DNA of 20,000 nt from an uncultured virus (IMG/VR IMGVR_UViG_3300010353_000982) (IMGVR_UViG_3300010353_000982); one strand, 5' to 3'. Counted from the stretch's first letter, positions 9,309-16,809 are shown. The notes: a model not told the origin generated them from the sequence alone. Made by a program: numbers and translations.

Positions 9309-9341
9309 CCCGACGACTTCCCGACGACTTCCCGACGACTT
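9309..9341. repeat. 11-bp tandem repeat CCCGACGACTT x3
   Basis: Exact copies at 9309, 9320 and 9331. Confidence 0.9.
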
Positions 9342-9979
9342 CCCCTCGTTATCTCGACGATTTCCCGACATCTCGACGTCCACTCGACGTTGACTTTTCC
9401 ACTGGAAATCCCGCTTTATGTCGATGGAAACCCCATATTGGCGTTTTAAGGCCAAAAAACCCCCTCCGCATACTATTGTCCGAAAAAAGAGGTAAAGCCA
9501 GCCAGAAACGCGGGAACCTACCTTAAAATCGATTTTAGGCCGATATCGTCACTTCATACCGACAACCCCTTTGGCCCGACGTGGCCCCGACGTAAAATCG
9601 CTCCCCACTCCGCTGCCCGCTCCGACGTGGCGACCCTGCCCGCCTCCCCCGTATCCAGACGCTGCCGATGCTCTTTACCTCGTGGCTCCCTCGTGGCTCG
9701 ACTGACGGCCCCATCCCTCCGCAAACCCAGCGCCCCGACGTGAAGCGCGCCCCGCCCCAACGACGGCCCCAGCCGAAGGCGACGACTGAAGCCCCTCGTT
9801 TTCGTCGTTCCGTCGTGACTTCCTCGTTACCGACGTTAAAATGGCATTTTCAACGACGGAGCAACGCCTGGAGCCTTTCCGTCGTGGTCTCGACTGAAGC
9901 CTTAACGCCTGACTCCCTCGGCAACTTTCCGACGTGAAGCCCGACGGCAACGTCTGAAACGACCCTCGCCCCGACGTAA

Positions 9980-9995
9980 GCAAACCTTTATCATG
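9980..9995 (+). promoter_or_regulatory. Putative BRE/TATA promoter of the rightward (early) operon
   Basis: GCAAACCTTTATCATG, similar to the AACCTTTATA element at 5201. Followed by a T-rich segment, predicting a start near 10015. Confidence 0.5.
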
Positions 9996-10014
9996 TCAAA
10001 GGTCAATTTTGTTT

Positions 10015-10680
10015 TGTGAAATCGCAGGGAAAAACGCCAAACGGCGCGATGCCCTGACGGTGACACGACTGATGCACGTCGTAAACAACAGGGGATAAGG
10101 CGGAGCGTTTACGACGGAAGGATTACAGGGCTCCAAGGGTTTCCTCGTTTTTTAGGAGGTTCAGACGTAAAACCGACGGGCCGTCTCTGACGGACACCAC
10201 CTGATTCCCCCGACGTATACGGCGTATGAGGTATGGGTTTTTGCTAAAGATTCTTCAGTCGATGGCGACGGCGTGGCATTCGAAGGTAACGGAGAACACC
10301 ACGGCGGATGAACTATCAGTTTACGAGACGGACACGATGAGATGTCCGACGGGGAATCGCATAGTCTTCAGTCGTTTTCCTCTCCGTATAAGTCGTTAAA
10401 CGTCACAAAAAATCCCTGACGGTGACAACGATGAAGGAATGCCATTACCTTCGGAGTCACCCGTCGAAAAAAAGTCATACCGACAGGCGAAATTTCCGAC
10501 GGCGCTTCAACCTTTCCAACCACGGAAGACACGGAGTGCCCGACGAAGGAACGTGATTTTTGAGTCGTAAAAATGGAAAAAATCTTGAATTTACGAGGGG
10601 GCCGTCGAGGCTACCCCGTGCAAATTTACTCGTGGTGATAAAGTCGGCCACGTCGAGAAATCGGCGTTGTCGGCGTCAAC
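10015..10680 (+). ncRNA. Putative large structured leader / ncRNA
   Basis: No credible ORF. Many complementary segments, e.g. CGTCGTAAAC/GTTTACGACG, GCCCTG/CAGGGC, GATTCCCC/GGGGAATC, ACGGAGA/TCTCCGT. Confidence 0.45.
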
Positions 10681-10694
10681 TAGGAGTGAAAAAA

Positions 10695-11372
10695 ATGGCA
10701 ATCAATTTCGATTTTTCGACTGAAGTGCAGGAGAAAATCACGGCGGGCCACGTTAGGGCTCACGATGAAAAGTTCCGCGTCACCACGTCGAAAATGACGG
10801 GAAAACTTGCAGGCATCGTCGGAATTTCGACGAACCCCCTCGCAAATCCCTTCTGTAAATCGATGCAGAACGTCGAGGGAGCCGTCTGTCAGAATTGTTA
10901 CTCGTGCAGGATGCTTTTATCGTCGAGAAAGCAGGCGATAACGGCGTGGACGGCGAATACCGTCGCCCTGTCCGACGACAATCTGTCAGATGAAATGCTC
11001 CCGTCGATACCCGACGGCGCTTATGTGCGGTTCAATCCACACGGCGAGATTACGTCGGAGGCAATGGTGCGGAATTTCTTCCGTATTGCACGGAGGAACC
11101 CGACGGCGCACTTCGTTCTCTTTACGAAGAGATACGAACTTGTCCGTCGTTGCGCCGACGAGAAGCCCTCAAACGTGGCCCTCGTTGCCTCGGCGTATCA
11201 CCTCAATAAGCCCGTCGATAGCGTCGAAGGCTTCGACACGGTTTTCCGTGTCTTTACGCCTGAATACGCCGATTCTCACGGCGTAAAAATCAACTGCCTC
11301 CTCCGTTGCAACGACTGCAAAAAGTGCTGGTCTACCGACGGTGGACAGGTGATTAATGAGAGACTCAAATAA
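10695..11372 (+). CDS. GP88-like (phage gene product 88) Cys-cluster protein, possibly radical-SAM-related
   Basis: GGAGTGA RBS before the ATG at 10695; 225 aa. C-x10-C-x2-CY, VRF..HGE, LFTKR and a C-terminal C-x3-C-x2-C-x2-CW. Confidence 0.6.
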   Translation: MAINFDFSTEVQEKITAGHVRAHDEKFRVTTSKMTGKLAGIVGISTNPLANPFCKSMQNVEGAVCQNCYSCRMLLSSRKQAITAWTANTVALSDDNLSDEMLPSIPDGAYVRFNPHGEITSEAMVRNFFRIARRNPTAHFVLFTKRYELVRRCADEKPSNVALVASAYHLNKPVDSVEGFDTVFRVFTPEYADSHGVKINCLLRCNDCKKCWSTDGGQVINERLK

Positions 11373-11376
11373 CCTT

Positions 11377-11420
11377 TTTCCCGACGCTTTCAGGCGTTGA
11401 AGTTCAATCTTCACGGGGAA
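11377..11420 (+). ncRNA. tRNA-mimic element, class A copy 1
   Basis: 7-bp stem TTTCCCG/CGGGGAA, hairpin ACGC-TTTCAG-GCGT, T-arm TGAAG-TTCAAT-CTTCA. Confidence 0.7.
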
Positions 11421-11463
11421 TTCCCGACGAGACCGTCGAGTCTCCGAGGGCGGAGTTAAAAAA

Positions 11464-11799
11464 ATGGCTACAGACGCAAACAACGACGCAGTCGTCGATA
11501 TGTCGGTTGAATATGACAATGTGAAGTTTCTTCACGTCGAAAAGAACGACGATAAAGTTAAATTTGTCGTCGAATTTTACGACGGTGGAAAGACAGGGCC
11601 ACATTACGTCAATAAAATCGACTGGATAACCATTTTAACGGCGGCTGCCGTCGGAAGTTCGACGCTTACCATCCACGGTAACGAGGCGCACTACACGGGC
11701 TACTCGTCGTATGGCGGTAAAGTTGTCGTCGAGGTAAAGGAACTTGAACAGTCGAAAATGCGGTTTGTTAACGTCGAAATGTCGTTACCAAACCACTAA
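11464..11799 (+). CDS. Hypothetical protein
   Basis: 111 aa; GGAG RBS plus an A-rich spacer. Confidence 0.7.
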   Translation: MATDANNDAVVDMSVEYDNVKFLHVEKNDDKVKFVVEFYDGGKTGPHYVNKIDWITILTAAAVGSSTLTIHGNEAHYTGYSSYGGKVVVEVKELEQSKMRFVNVEMSLPNH

Positions 11800-11801
11800 T
11801 T

Positions 11802-11844
11802 TTTCTCGGCGCTATCAGGCGTTAAGTTCAATCTTTCCGAGAAA
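11802..11844 (+). ncRNA. tRNA-mimic element, class A copy 2
   Basis: Stem TTTCTCGG/CCGAGAAA, hairpin CGC-TATCAG-GCG, arm AAG-TTCAAT-CTT. Confidence 0.7.
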
Positions 11845-11888
11845 TTCCCGAGGAGCGCTCGACGTTCCGACGGAGTGAGTGATAAAAA

Positions 11889-12146
11889 ATGGCTGAAAAT
11901 ACGACGGTGCTCGACGCACTGGAGAAGTTGTATGTTTCTTCGACGAAATACGGCGCGCCACAATGCGCTTACCTCCGTTATGACGTCAGAAAACACGACT
12001 GGTATTGTGACTATCGTAACTCTCGACGCGACCGATATCAGGACGTCTGTGTTTACGACGACAAGACAGTCGAAAATCTCCGTAAAATCGAGCAAACCTG
12101 CCCCTGCTGGCACGACGATATTCTCGACGGTGATAACGATGATTGA
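11889..12146 (+). CDS. Cys-rich hypothetical protein, paralog A
   Basis: 85 aa with RBS; shares a motif with the next ORF. Confidence 0.7.
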   Translation: MAENTTVLDALEKLYVSSTKYGAPQCAYLRYDVRKHDWYCDYRNSRRDRYQDVCVYDDKTVENLRKIEQTCPCWHDDILDGDNDD

Positions 12147-12315
12147 ATGCGAATATCTCCGTTTTGATTACGTCGAGCGGGAATGGTATTGTGCGTTTCG
12201 TCTGACCCGACGTGATAAGTTAAATTACGTCTGTGTTTGCGACGATGACGACGTAAAGCAGTTGATTGCCGACGAGATTTACTGCCCCTGCTGGCGTAGT
12301 CTCGACGATGAATAA
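12139..12315 (+). CDS. Cys-rich hypothetical protein, paralog B
   Basis: 58 aa from the ATG at 12139 (GGTGA RBS); MIECEYLRFD...CPCW. Confidence 0.7.
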   Translation: MIECEYLRFDYVEREWYCAFRLTRRDKLNYVCVCDDDDVKQLIADEIYCPCWRSLDDE

Positions 12316-12318
12316 ATT

Positions 12319-12362
12319 TTTCAGTCGCGCTTATGGCGTAAAGTTCAATCTTTCGGCTGAAA
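12319..12362 (+). ncRNA. tRNA-mimic element, class A copy 3
   Basis: Stem TTTCAGTCG/CGGCTGAAA, hairpin CGC-TTATG-GCG, arm AAAG-TTCAAT-CTTT. Confidence 0.7.
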
Positions 12363-12397
12363 TCCCCCGAGGAAACGACGGGGTTTAGGTGAAAAAA

Positions 12398-12559
12398 ATG
12401 GCTTTTGGAATAAACTCAATTTGCCGTCTATATCTCGACGGTGAAGTATTTCACGTATGCTGCAATCGTGAAGTAGTAGAATCGATGAAATCCCGACTGG
12501 TTCAGGCGGGTATTTCGGCGGAACGCCTTCGAGTTACGGAGAGAATGCCGAATATCTGA
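12398..12559 (+). CDS. Hypothetical 53-aa protein
   Basis: AGGTGA RBS; MAFGINSICRLYLDGEVFHVCC... Confidence 0.6.
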   Translation: MAFGINSICRLYLDGEVFHVCCNREVVESMKSRLVQAGISAERLRVTERMPNI

Positions 12560-12741
12560 ACCAATTTTTCGACGGAGCGGAATCTCACCGCCGACAACCG
12601 ACGGTGGGACGCATCTGACGGAGAATCGACGGAAAATCCTGGAGAACGACGGATACCGACGACTTCACGCACCATGCGCGGAAAAAAAAAGCAGCCCAGT
12701 TTGGCCCCAGTTGGGGTATTTGGGCAGGAATTGAGTAGAAA

Positions 12742-12951
12742 ATGCAATCAGTCCAGTTTATGCACCGCGACGGGCATTGTGAAGACTTCCTCGAATTTAC
12801 GGAGAGTCTTGGTTTCGATGCCAGTGCAGCACAGTCAGACGAAGATGGCATGGACTGTATCGACAACGCCCTCGAATGGCTCAACAGAGCACACGATGGC
12901 GTGCGGTATATTCTCGCCGAGTTTGGGGTGGTGGTAGCAGTTCCCGCGTAA
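12742..12951 (+). CDS. Hypothetical acidic protein
   Basis: 69 aa, D/E-rich, in operon orientation. Confidence 0.55.
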   Translation: MQSVQFMHRDGHCEDFLEFTESLGFDASAAQSDEDGMDCIDNALEWLNRAHDGVRYILAEFGVVVAVPA

Positions 12952-13099
12952 CGACGATTTGCTACCTGAACCCGCCCCTCACTCCTAGTTCATGCTGATA
13001 CTCAACGACGGGAAGAGAAATTCATTCCCGTCTGATACCATAGTTTTTTATCCCGTAACGTCGTAAGGGTGCGTCCCTGCGGCGCGGAGATAGTTAACA

Positions 13100-13399
13100 A
13101 TGTTTATCGTATGTCCGTCAGTCCCATCGACTGAAATGGCAATGGAAGTTTTGCACCGTGCCCAGCGGTGTGTTAAACTGTTGGCTGACGTTTCTGCGTC
13201 GGAACAGTTAGACCCTTACCTCGAAAATGAGTTAATACGAGGGTGGGACGAAGCAGAACTTAAAGACCCGATACTGCGCGACCTGTTCCCACGACTGTAT
13301 CTTGAATCAGATTTTTTTCTGATTTACGACTTCGGTCTCGACGGTTCAGTGCGGAAGATAACGCCGATGTCACGGCGGTTATTGTATCAGGAGAAATAA
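13100..13399 (+). CDS. Hypothetical protein
   Basis: 99 aa; GGAG RBS following a GGGTGCGTCCC hairpin. Confidence 0.6.
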   Translation: MFIVCPSVPSTEMAMEVLHRAQRCVKLLADVSASEQLDPYLENELIRGWDEAELKDPILRDLFPRLYLESDFFLIYDFGLDGSVRKITPMSRRLLYQEK

Positions 13400-13401
13400 C
13401 G

Positions 13402-13491
13402 ATGGATATCGAGTTTTTCTTCTATATAATGCTCGGCTGTATTATCGGTGGTCTCGCCGTGAGCGCATATCTGTTCATTCAGACGTTATGA
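13402..13491 (+). CDS. 29-aa membrane peptide
   Basis: GGAG RBS; MDIEFFFYIMLGCIIGGLAVSAYLFIQTL. Confidence 0.5.
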   Translation: MDIEFFFYIMLGCIIGGLAVSAYLFIQTL

Positions 13492-13502
13492 GGTGACAAA
13501 AA

Positions 13503-13712
13503 ATGTATGCGAAGGTTAATTTCAAGTCGAAGAAAGCCTTAAAACAGGCGGTCTCCGACGGGCAGCGCATTGGGATTTATCAAGTTGGCCCCTTCGGAGG
13601 TAATGAGCCCAGCAACGGGACAGTTTACCTCGAAGGCCCATGGTATCCCGAGCCCCATCGCTGGTATGCAACGGCGGAAGTTAAAGACGGCATCATCGTA
13701 AAAGTGAAATAA
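13503..13712 (+). CDS. Conserved small phage protein of unknown function
   Basis: GAGGTGA RBS. NFKSKKALK.AV...LEGP.YPEPH.WYA resembles a small phage protein family. Confidence 0.7.
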   Translation: MYAKVNFKSKKALKQAVSDGQRIGIYQVGPFGGNEPSNGTVYLEGPWYPEPHRWYATAEVKDGIIVKVK

Positions 13713-13910
13713 ATGTCCGTCGATAATTGCCCGTTCTGCGGGGAACCGTTGATTTTCGAGGACGAATACATCTTCGGAAATCACGTCGCTGGCATGTTTT
13801 ATGACGACGACAGCGAATTTCTAACGGTTCGCGCCCGCTGCCCGAGGTGCAAAGCAAATTTCCACCTGAAGTATCGCTTTAATGACTACGAGGTAACTGG
13901 CTACGATTGA
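13713..13910 (+). CDS. Zinc-ribbon protein
   Basis: CPFC...CPRC. Confidence 0.65.
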   Translation: MSVDNCPFCGEPLIFEDEYIFGNHVAGMFYDDDSEFLTVRARCPRCKANFHLKYRFNDYEVTGYD

Positions 13911-13944
13911 CGGCGTAGAGCAGGTTCGAATCCTGCAGCCAGTT
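13895..13944 (+). ncRNA. tRNA-mimic element, class B
   Basis: Stem AACTGGCT/AGCCAGTT stacked on a canonical T-arm GCAGG-TTCGAAT-CCTGC. The 5' strand overlaps the upstream ORF end. Confidence 0.75.
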
Positions 13945-14053
13945 TTCGGCGGGTAGCCGACCAGTTAACGAGAGAGAAACGGAAAGCGGGGATGACCCGT
14001 GAGAGTCAAGTTCCCTCGTGGACTGGCAACGGCTTCCGTCGTTAGGTGAAAAA

Positions 14054-14266
14054 ATGACAGTTTACAGAGTGACAACAACGTATGGTCTCGCTAGTCATAC
14101 GGAGAACATGGATGGCCCATACCTCGAAGAGTGGATTAAGTATCTCAAGGAGAGACACGAGGTCTGCGAGGTAACACGGTATCCAGACTCGACGTGTGTC
14201 GATATCAAGATTGACAGGCCCATCAAGGAGATGCGAGATGTCCTTATGAACCTTCTCAATTCTTAA
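14054..14266 (+). CDS. Hypothetical protein
   Basis: AGGTGA RBS before the ATG at 14054; 70 aa. Confidence 0.65.
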   Translation: MTVYRVTTTYGLASHTENMDGPYLEEWIKYLKERHEVCEVTRYPDSTCVDIKIDRPIKEMRDVLMNLLNS

Positions 14267-14331
14267 GACTTGGCCCTTTTGGCCCTAATCTGGCCCTTTT
14301 ACCTTGAGTTAACCAATGAAGGAGAATTTCG

Positions 14332-14508
14332 ATGAAGACTAAATGTAACATCTGCGGTTTTGAGATGGAGTTCGACGCGCAGCAAAACAGCCTACAATGC
14401 GGCAAAACTCTCATCATCTGTCCCATCTGTAAAAATCCACTTGTGAAGTGTGATTGCAAAATTGTCGTCGAGACAATAATGCTCAATGCAACCAATCCCG
14501 ACGACTGA
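14332..14508 (+). CDS. Zinc-ribbon protein, 58 aa
   Basis: GGAG RBS; MKTKCNICG...CPICK. Confidence 0.6.
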   Translation: MKTKCNICGFEMEFDAQQNSLQCGKTLIICPICKNPLVKCDCKIVVETIMLNATNPDD

Positions 14509-14531
14509 AACAAGAAGAAAGACGATACGAT

Positions 14532-14591
14532 GGACGGTCTCGCGGCCCTGTTTGGGTAGCCGAGAAAGGGGTGCAATTCCCCTTACCGTTT
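14532..14591 (+). ncRNA. tRNA-mimic element, class B with variant T-loop
   Basis: Stem GGACGGT/ACCGTTT, side hairpin CTCG...CGAG, arm AAGGGG-TGCAATT-CCCCTT. Confidence 0.6.
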
Positions 14592-14621
14592 TCCCTCGAA
14601 GCGAGGGCAGGAGTTAAAACA

Positions 14622-14825
14622 ATGGCAGAAAAAAAGTTTAAGCAGTGCCTTCTGAAAATCATGCGTTCTATCGACGAGAGACTCGACGAGAGAATTAGTG
14701 AGTCCAGTGAGTATCTGTTTTTCTTCCCCAACGGAGGAGATGCAGATTATCATGAAGGACGTGTAGAGGCGCTGGAAGTTACTCGTCAGCAGATTCAAAA
14801 AATCTTTGCCGAGGAGATGAAGTAA
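14622..14825 (+). CDS. Hypothetical helical protein
   Basis: GGAG RBS before the ATG at 14622. Confidence 0.65.
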   Translation: MAEKKFKQCLLKIMRSIDERLDERISESSEYLFFFPNGGDADYHEGRVEALEVTRQQIQKIFAEEMK

Positions 14826-15221
14826 GTGACAACAAGGGCAAATATCACCGTAATGGAAGACGGAGATATTATGATTTTCTATCAGCATTCTGATGGATAT
14901 CCCGAGGGAGTTATGCCAATGCTCCGATGGTTTGTAGACTCAATGAGAGTCGGCGCTATCAGGAGAGACATTGAACTTGCCTCTGGTTGGCTTGTCATTT
15001 ACGGCAGAAGAAAGATGCTGACAGACGTTCCAGCCACCGATTCACAAAGCGTTGGATACGTTATTCCCGCTGTGCATATCCACGGTGATATAGAGTTCTA
15101 TTACACCGTCGATATCAAGACGCTTACCGTCAAGGCATACGAGGTAACAGCAATTCCACCACGGAGGTTGTCAGAACTTCCGCAGAAATACATGAGACTT
15201 GTCGAGGTATATCATGGTTGA
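14826..15221 (+). CDS. Conserved phage protein with a Y-x-H-x-DGYP motif
   Basis: MTTRANI...FYQHSDGYPEGV; GAGGAG RBS. Confidence 0.7.
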   Translation: MTTRANITVMEDGDIMIFYQHSDGYPEGVMPMLRWFVDSMRVGAIRRDIELASGWLVIYGRRKMLTDVPATDSQSVGYVIPAVHIHGDIEFYYTVDIKTLTVKAYEVTAIPPRRLSELPQKYMRLVEVYHG

Positions 15222-15444
15222 AATTAAATGCACAAGATGCAAGAAAATCTTCGGATTCATGAAGGAAGAGCGCCCCGAGCATCTTAAAGTTATGTGCCCG
15301 TGGTGCGGCTCTATGCAGGATGTTGGAATAAAACGGGTTGGTGGCGCTGGGAGAAAACCAGCGGAGAAAAAAGAGACCGACCCGATGAAATTAATTCCAA
15401 AGAAAATCTCAAGACCACGAGGTAGACCGAGGAAGAAGCGGTAG
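15214..15444 (+). CDS. Zinc-ribbon protein with a C-terminal AT-hook
   Basis: CTRC...CPWC and RPRGRPRKK; GAGGT RBS. Confidence 0.65.
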   Translation: MVEIKCTRCKKIFGFMKEERPEHLKVMCPWCGSMQDVGIKRVGGAGRKPAEKKETDPMKLIPKKISRPRGRPRKKR

Positions 15445-15478
15445 TGGCACGCTGGGGAGTTCGAGTCTCCCCGCCGCT
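15437..15478 (+). ncRNA. tRNA-mimic element, class B
   Basis: Stem AGCGGT/GCCGCT stacked on GGGGAG-TTCGAGT-CTCCCC; overlaps the upstream stop codon. Confidence 0.7.
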
Positions 15479-15508
15479 ATTCCCCCAAAAAGGGGAAGTG
15501 ATTAAAAA

Positions 15509-15874
15509 ATGGCAACATATTGTAAGTTTTGTGGAAAACTTCTGCAGTTCGATGAGGCAGAAATCTGCCCGTCGTGCGGCATGAGGCTTCATGAACCAGT
15601 GACAAAAGAAAAGGAACCAAAGCCCTATGTCGAATACAAGAGCCCCATTCTCGCCGCGATTCTCTCGTGGCTGTTCATTGGGGTTGGTCAGATTTACGTC
15701 GGACAACTTGGACGTGGGCTGACTATTATGTTTGTCGGTTTCCTATTCGTAATTTCGATACTCGTGTTTGGTCTTCTTGGCCTGACTCTTTTGCTGGTGC
15801 TGGATATTTGGTCGATTTTCGACGCCTACAGTCTGGCAAAGGAATACAACGAGGATATGCGGTATGAAGACTGA
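15509..15874 (+). CDS. Zinc-ribbon + TM2 domain membrane protein
   Basis: CKFCG...CPSCG, then KSPILAAILSWLFIGVGQIYVGQLGRGL (TM2 motif). Confidence 0.8.
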   Translation: MATYCKFCGKLLQFDEAEICPSCGMRLHEPVTKEKEPKPYVEYKSPILAAILSWLFIGVGQIYVGQLGRGLTIMFVGFLFVISILVFGLLGLTLLLVLDIWSIFDAYSLAKEYNEDMRYED

Positions 15875-16052
15875 CGTCCTGATGAGTTATATCAACGACG
15901 CACATGACAACATTGAGTTGCTGTGCGACGAGGTAAGACACACGGACATGACTCAAGAAGAGCGAGATGTTATCTACGACAAAGCGGAGAGGGCTCAAGA
16001 CATGCTCTCCGAGATAAAGCAGCATTGCGTTCTCCTCTTTCTTCATCAATGA
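15864..16052 (+). CDS. Hypothetical protein
   Basis: 62 aa, coupled to the previous gene. Confidence 0.55.
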   Translation: MKTDVLMSYINDAHDNIELLCDEVRHTDMTQEERDVIYDKAERAQDMLSEIKQHCVLLFLHQ

Positions 16053-16091
16053 GCCGAAACCTTAAAGTCGTCAGGAGACGATATATTAATC

Positions 16092-16325
16092 ATGGTAAGA
16101 AAAAATATTGTCGTCGAAGAGAAAACGAGACAACGGATTAGGAACGTCATCGACGCACTCGATGGCCGTATCCTCGGATTGAATGGACAGATACCCGCCA
16201 AGCCTCCGATTAAAGGCACACCTGCTGCGGAAACCGTGGCAATTGTGATGGCAAAGCGGGAAATTGTGATGGAACTTCGTGAACTTCTCCTAAATGAATT
16301 TCACGACGATTTAATCCCACAGTAA
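16092..16325 (+). CDS. Hypothetical protein
   Basis: 77 aa; GGAG RBS. Confidence 0.6.
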   Translation: MVRKNIVVEEKTRQRIRNVIDALDGRILGLNGQIPAKPPIKGTPAAETVAIVMAKREIVMELRELLLNEFHDDLIPQ

Positions 16326-16363
16326 CCAGAGTGGTTCAGGCGGTTCGACTCCGCCACTGGTTA
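16323..16363 (+). ncRNA. tRNA-mimic element, class B
   Basis: Stem TAACCAG/CTGGTTA, 9-nt linker, T-arm GGCGG-TTCGACT-CCGCC; begins at the stop codon. Confidence 0.75.
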
Positions 16364-16392
16364 TCCGCCCGAAGAGGGCAGGAAATAAAAAA

Positions 16393-16677
16393 ATGGTTTC
16401 AATCGATGAAATGATTGAATTTCTCGAAGATGCACGGAATATCGGGACGGACACCGAAGACGCTGACGATAATATCGACAGTGTTATCAGTGACCTGAAC
16501 ACCCTGCAGAATGATATCGATGATCTCCTCGAAGGAATTAGTGATACACTCCTCGAAATGGAGGACGATGAAAAAGATGTTATTTTTATTGAAGATTCAT
16601 TATATAACGAGGGATACATCGATGCACTCGTAAGCACAAAGGAGTCGATACTCCGTATTTTCAATCGAGAGGAATGA
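16393..16677 (+). CDS. Highly acidic helical protein (DNA-mimic candidate)
   Basis: 94 aa with about 30 D/E versus 5 K/R by hand count. Confidence 0.7.
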   Translation: MVSIDEMIEFLEDARNIGTDTEDADDNIDSVISDLNTLQNDIDDLLEGISDTLLEMEDDEKDVIFIEDSLYNEGYIDALVSTKESILRIFNREE

Positions 16678-16809
16678 ATGACCGCTGGAAGTTGCAGTGC
16701 AGACGGTTGCAAAAAGAATTCTGTCATTAACCTGAATGGTAAAGGTTATTGCAAGCAATGCTATCTGAAAATTGTTGATGGGGAGAAAAAATCTCCCCCG
16801 AAACCCTGA
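16678..16809 (+). CDS. Small zinc-finger protein, 43 aa
   Basis: MTAGSCSADGC...YCKQCY; GAGG RBS. Confidence 0.5.
   Translation: MTAGSCSADGCKKNSVINLNGKGYCKQCYLKIVDGEKKSPPKP

Noticed and set aside
8240..9983. ORFs called on both strands in the GC-rich tract
   Set aside because: They are low-complexity R/P/T-rich translations produced by the CGACG repeats, with no RBS.
10066..10122. Hammerhead ribozyme (CTGATG...stem...GAAG)
   Set aside because: The core deviates from CUGANGA/GAAA, and I could not build stems I and III with a cleavage triplet.
14271..14300. TGGCCCT x3 short repeat as a regulatory element
   Set aside because: It is too short and isolated to support a function.
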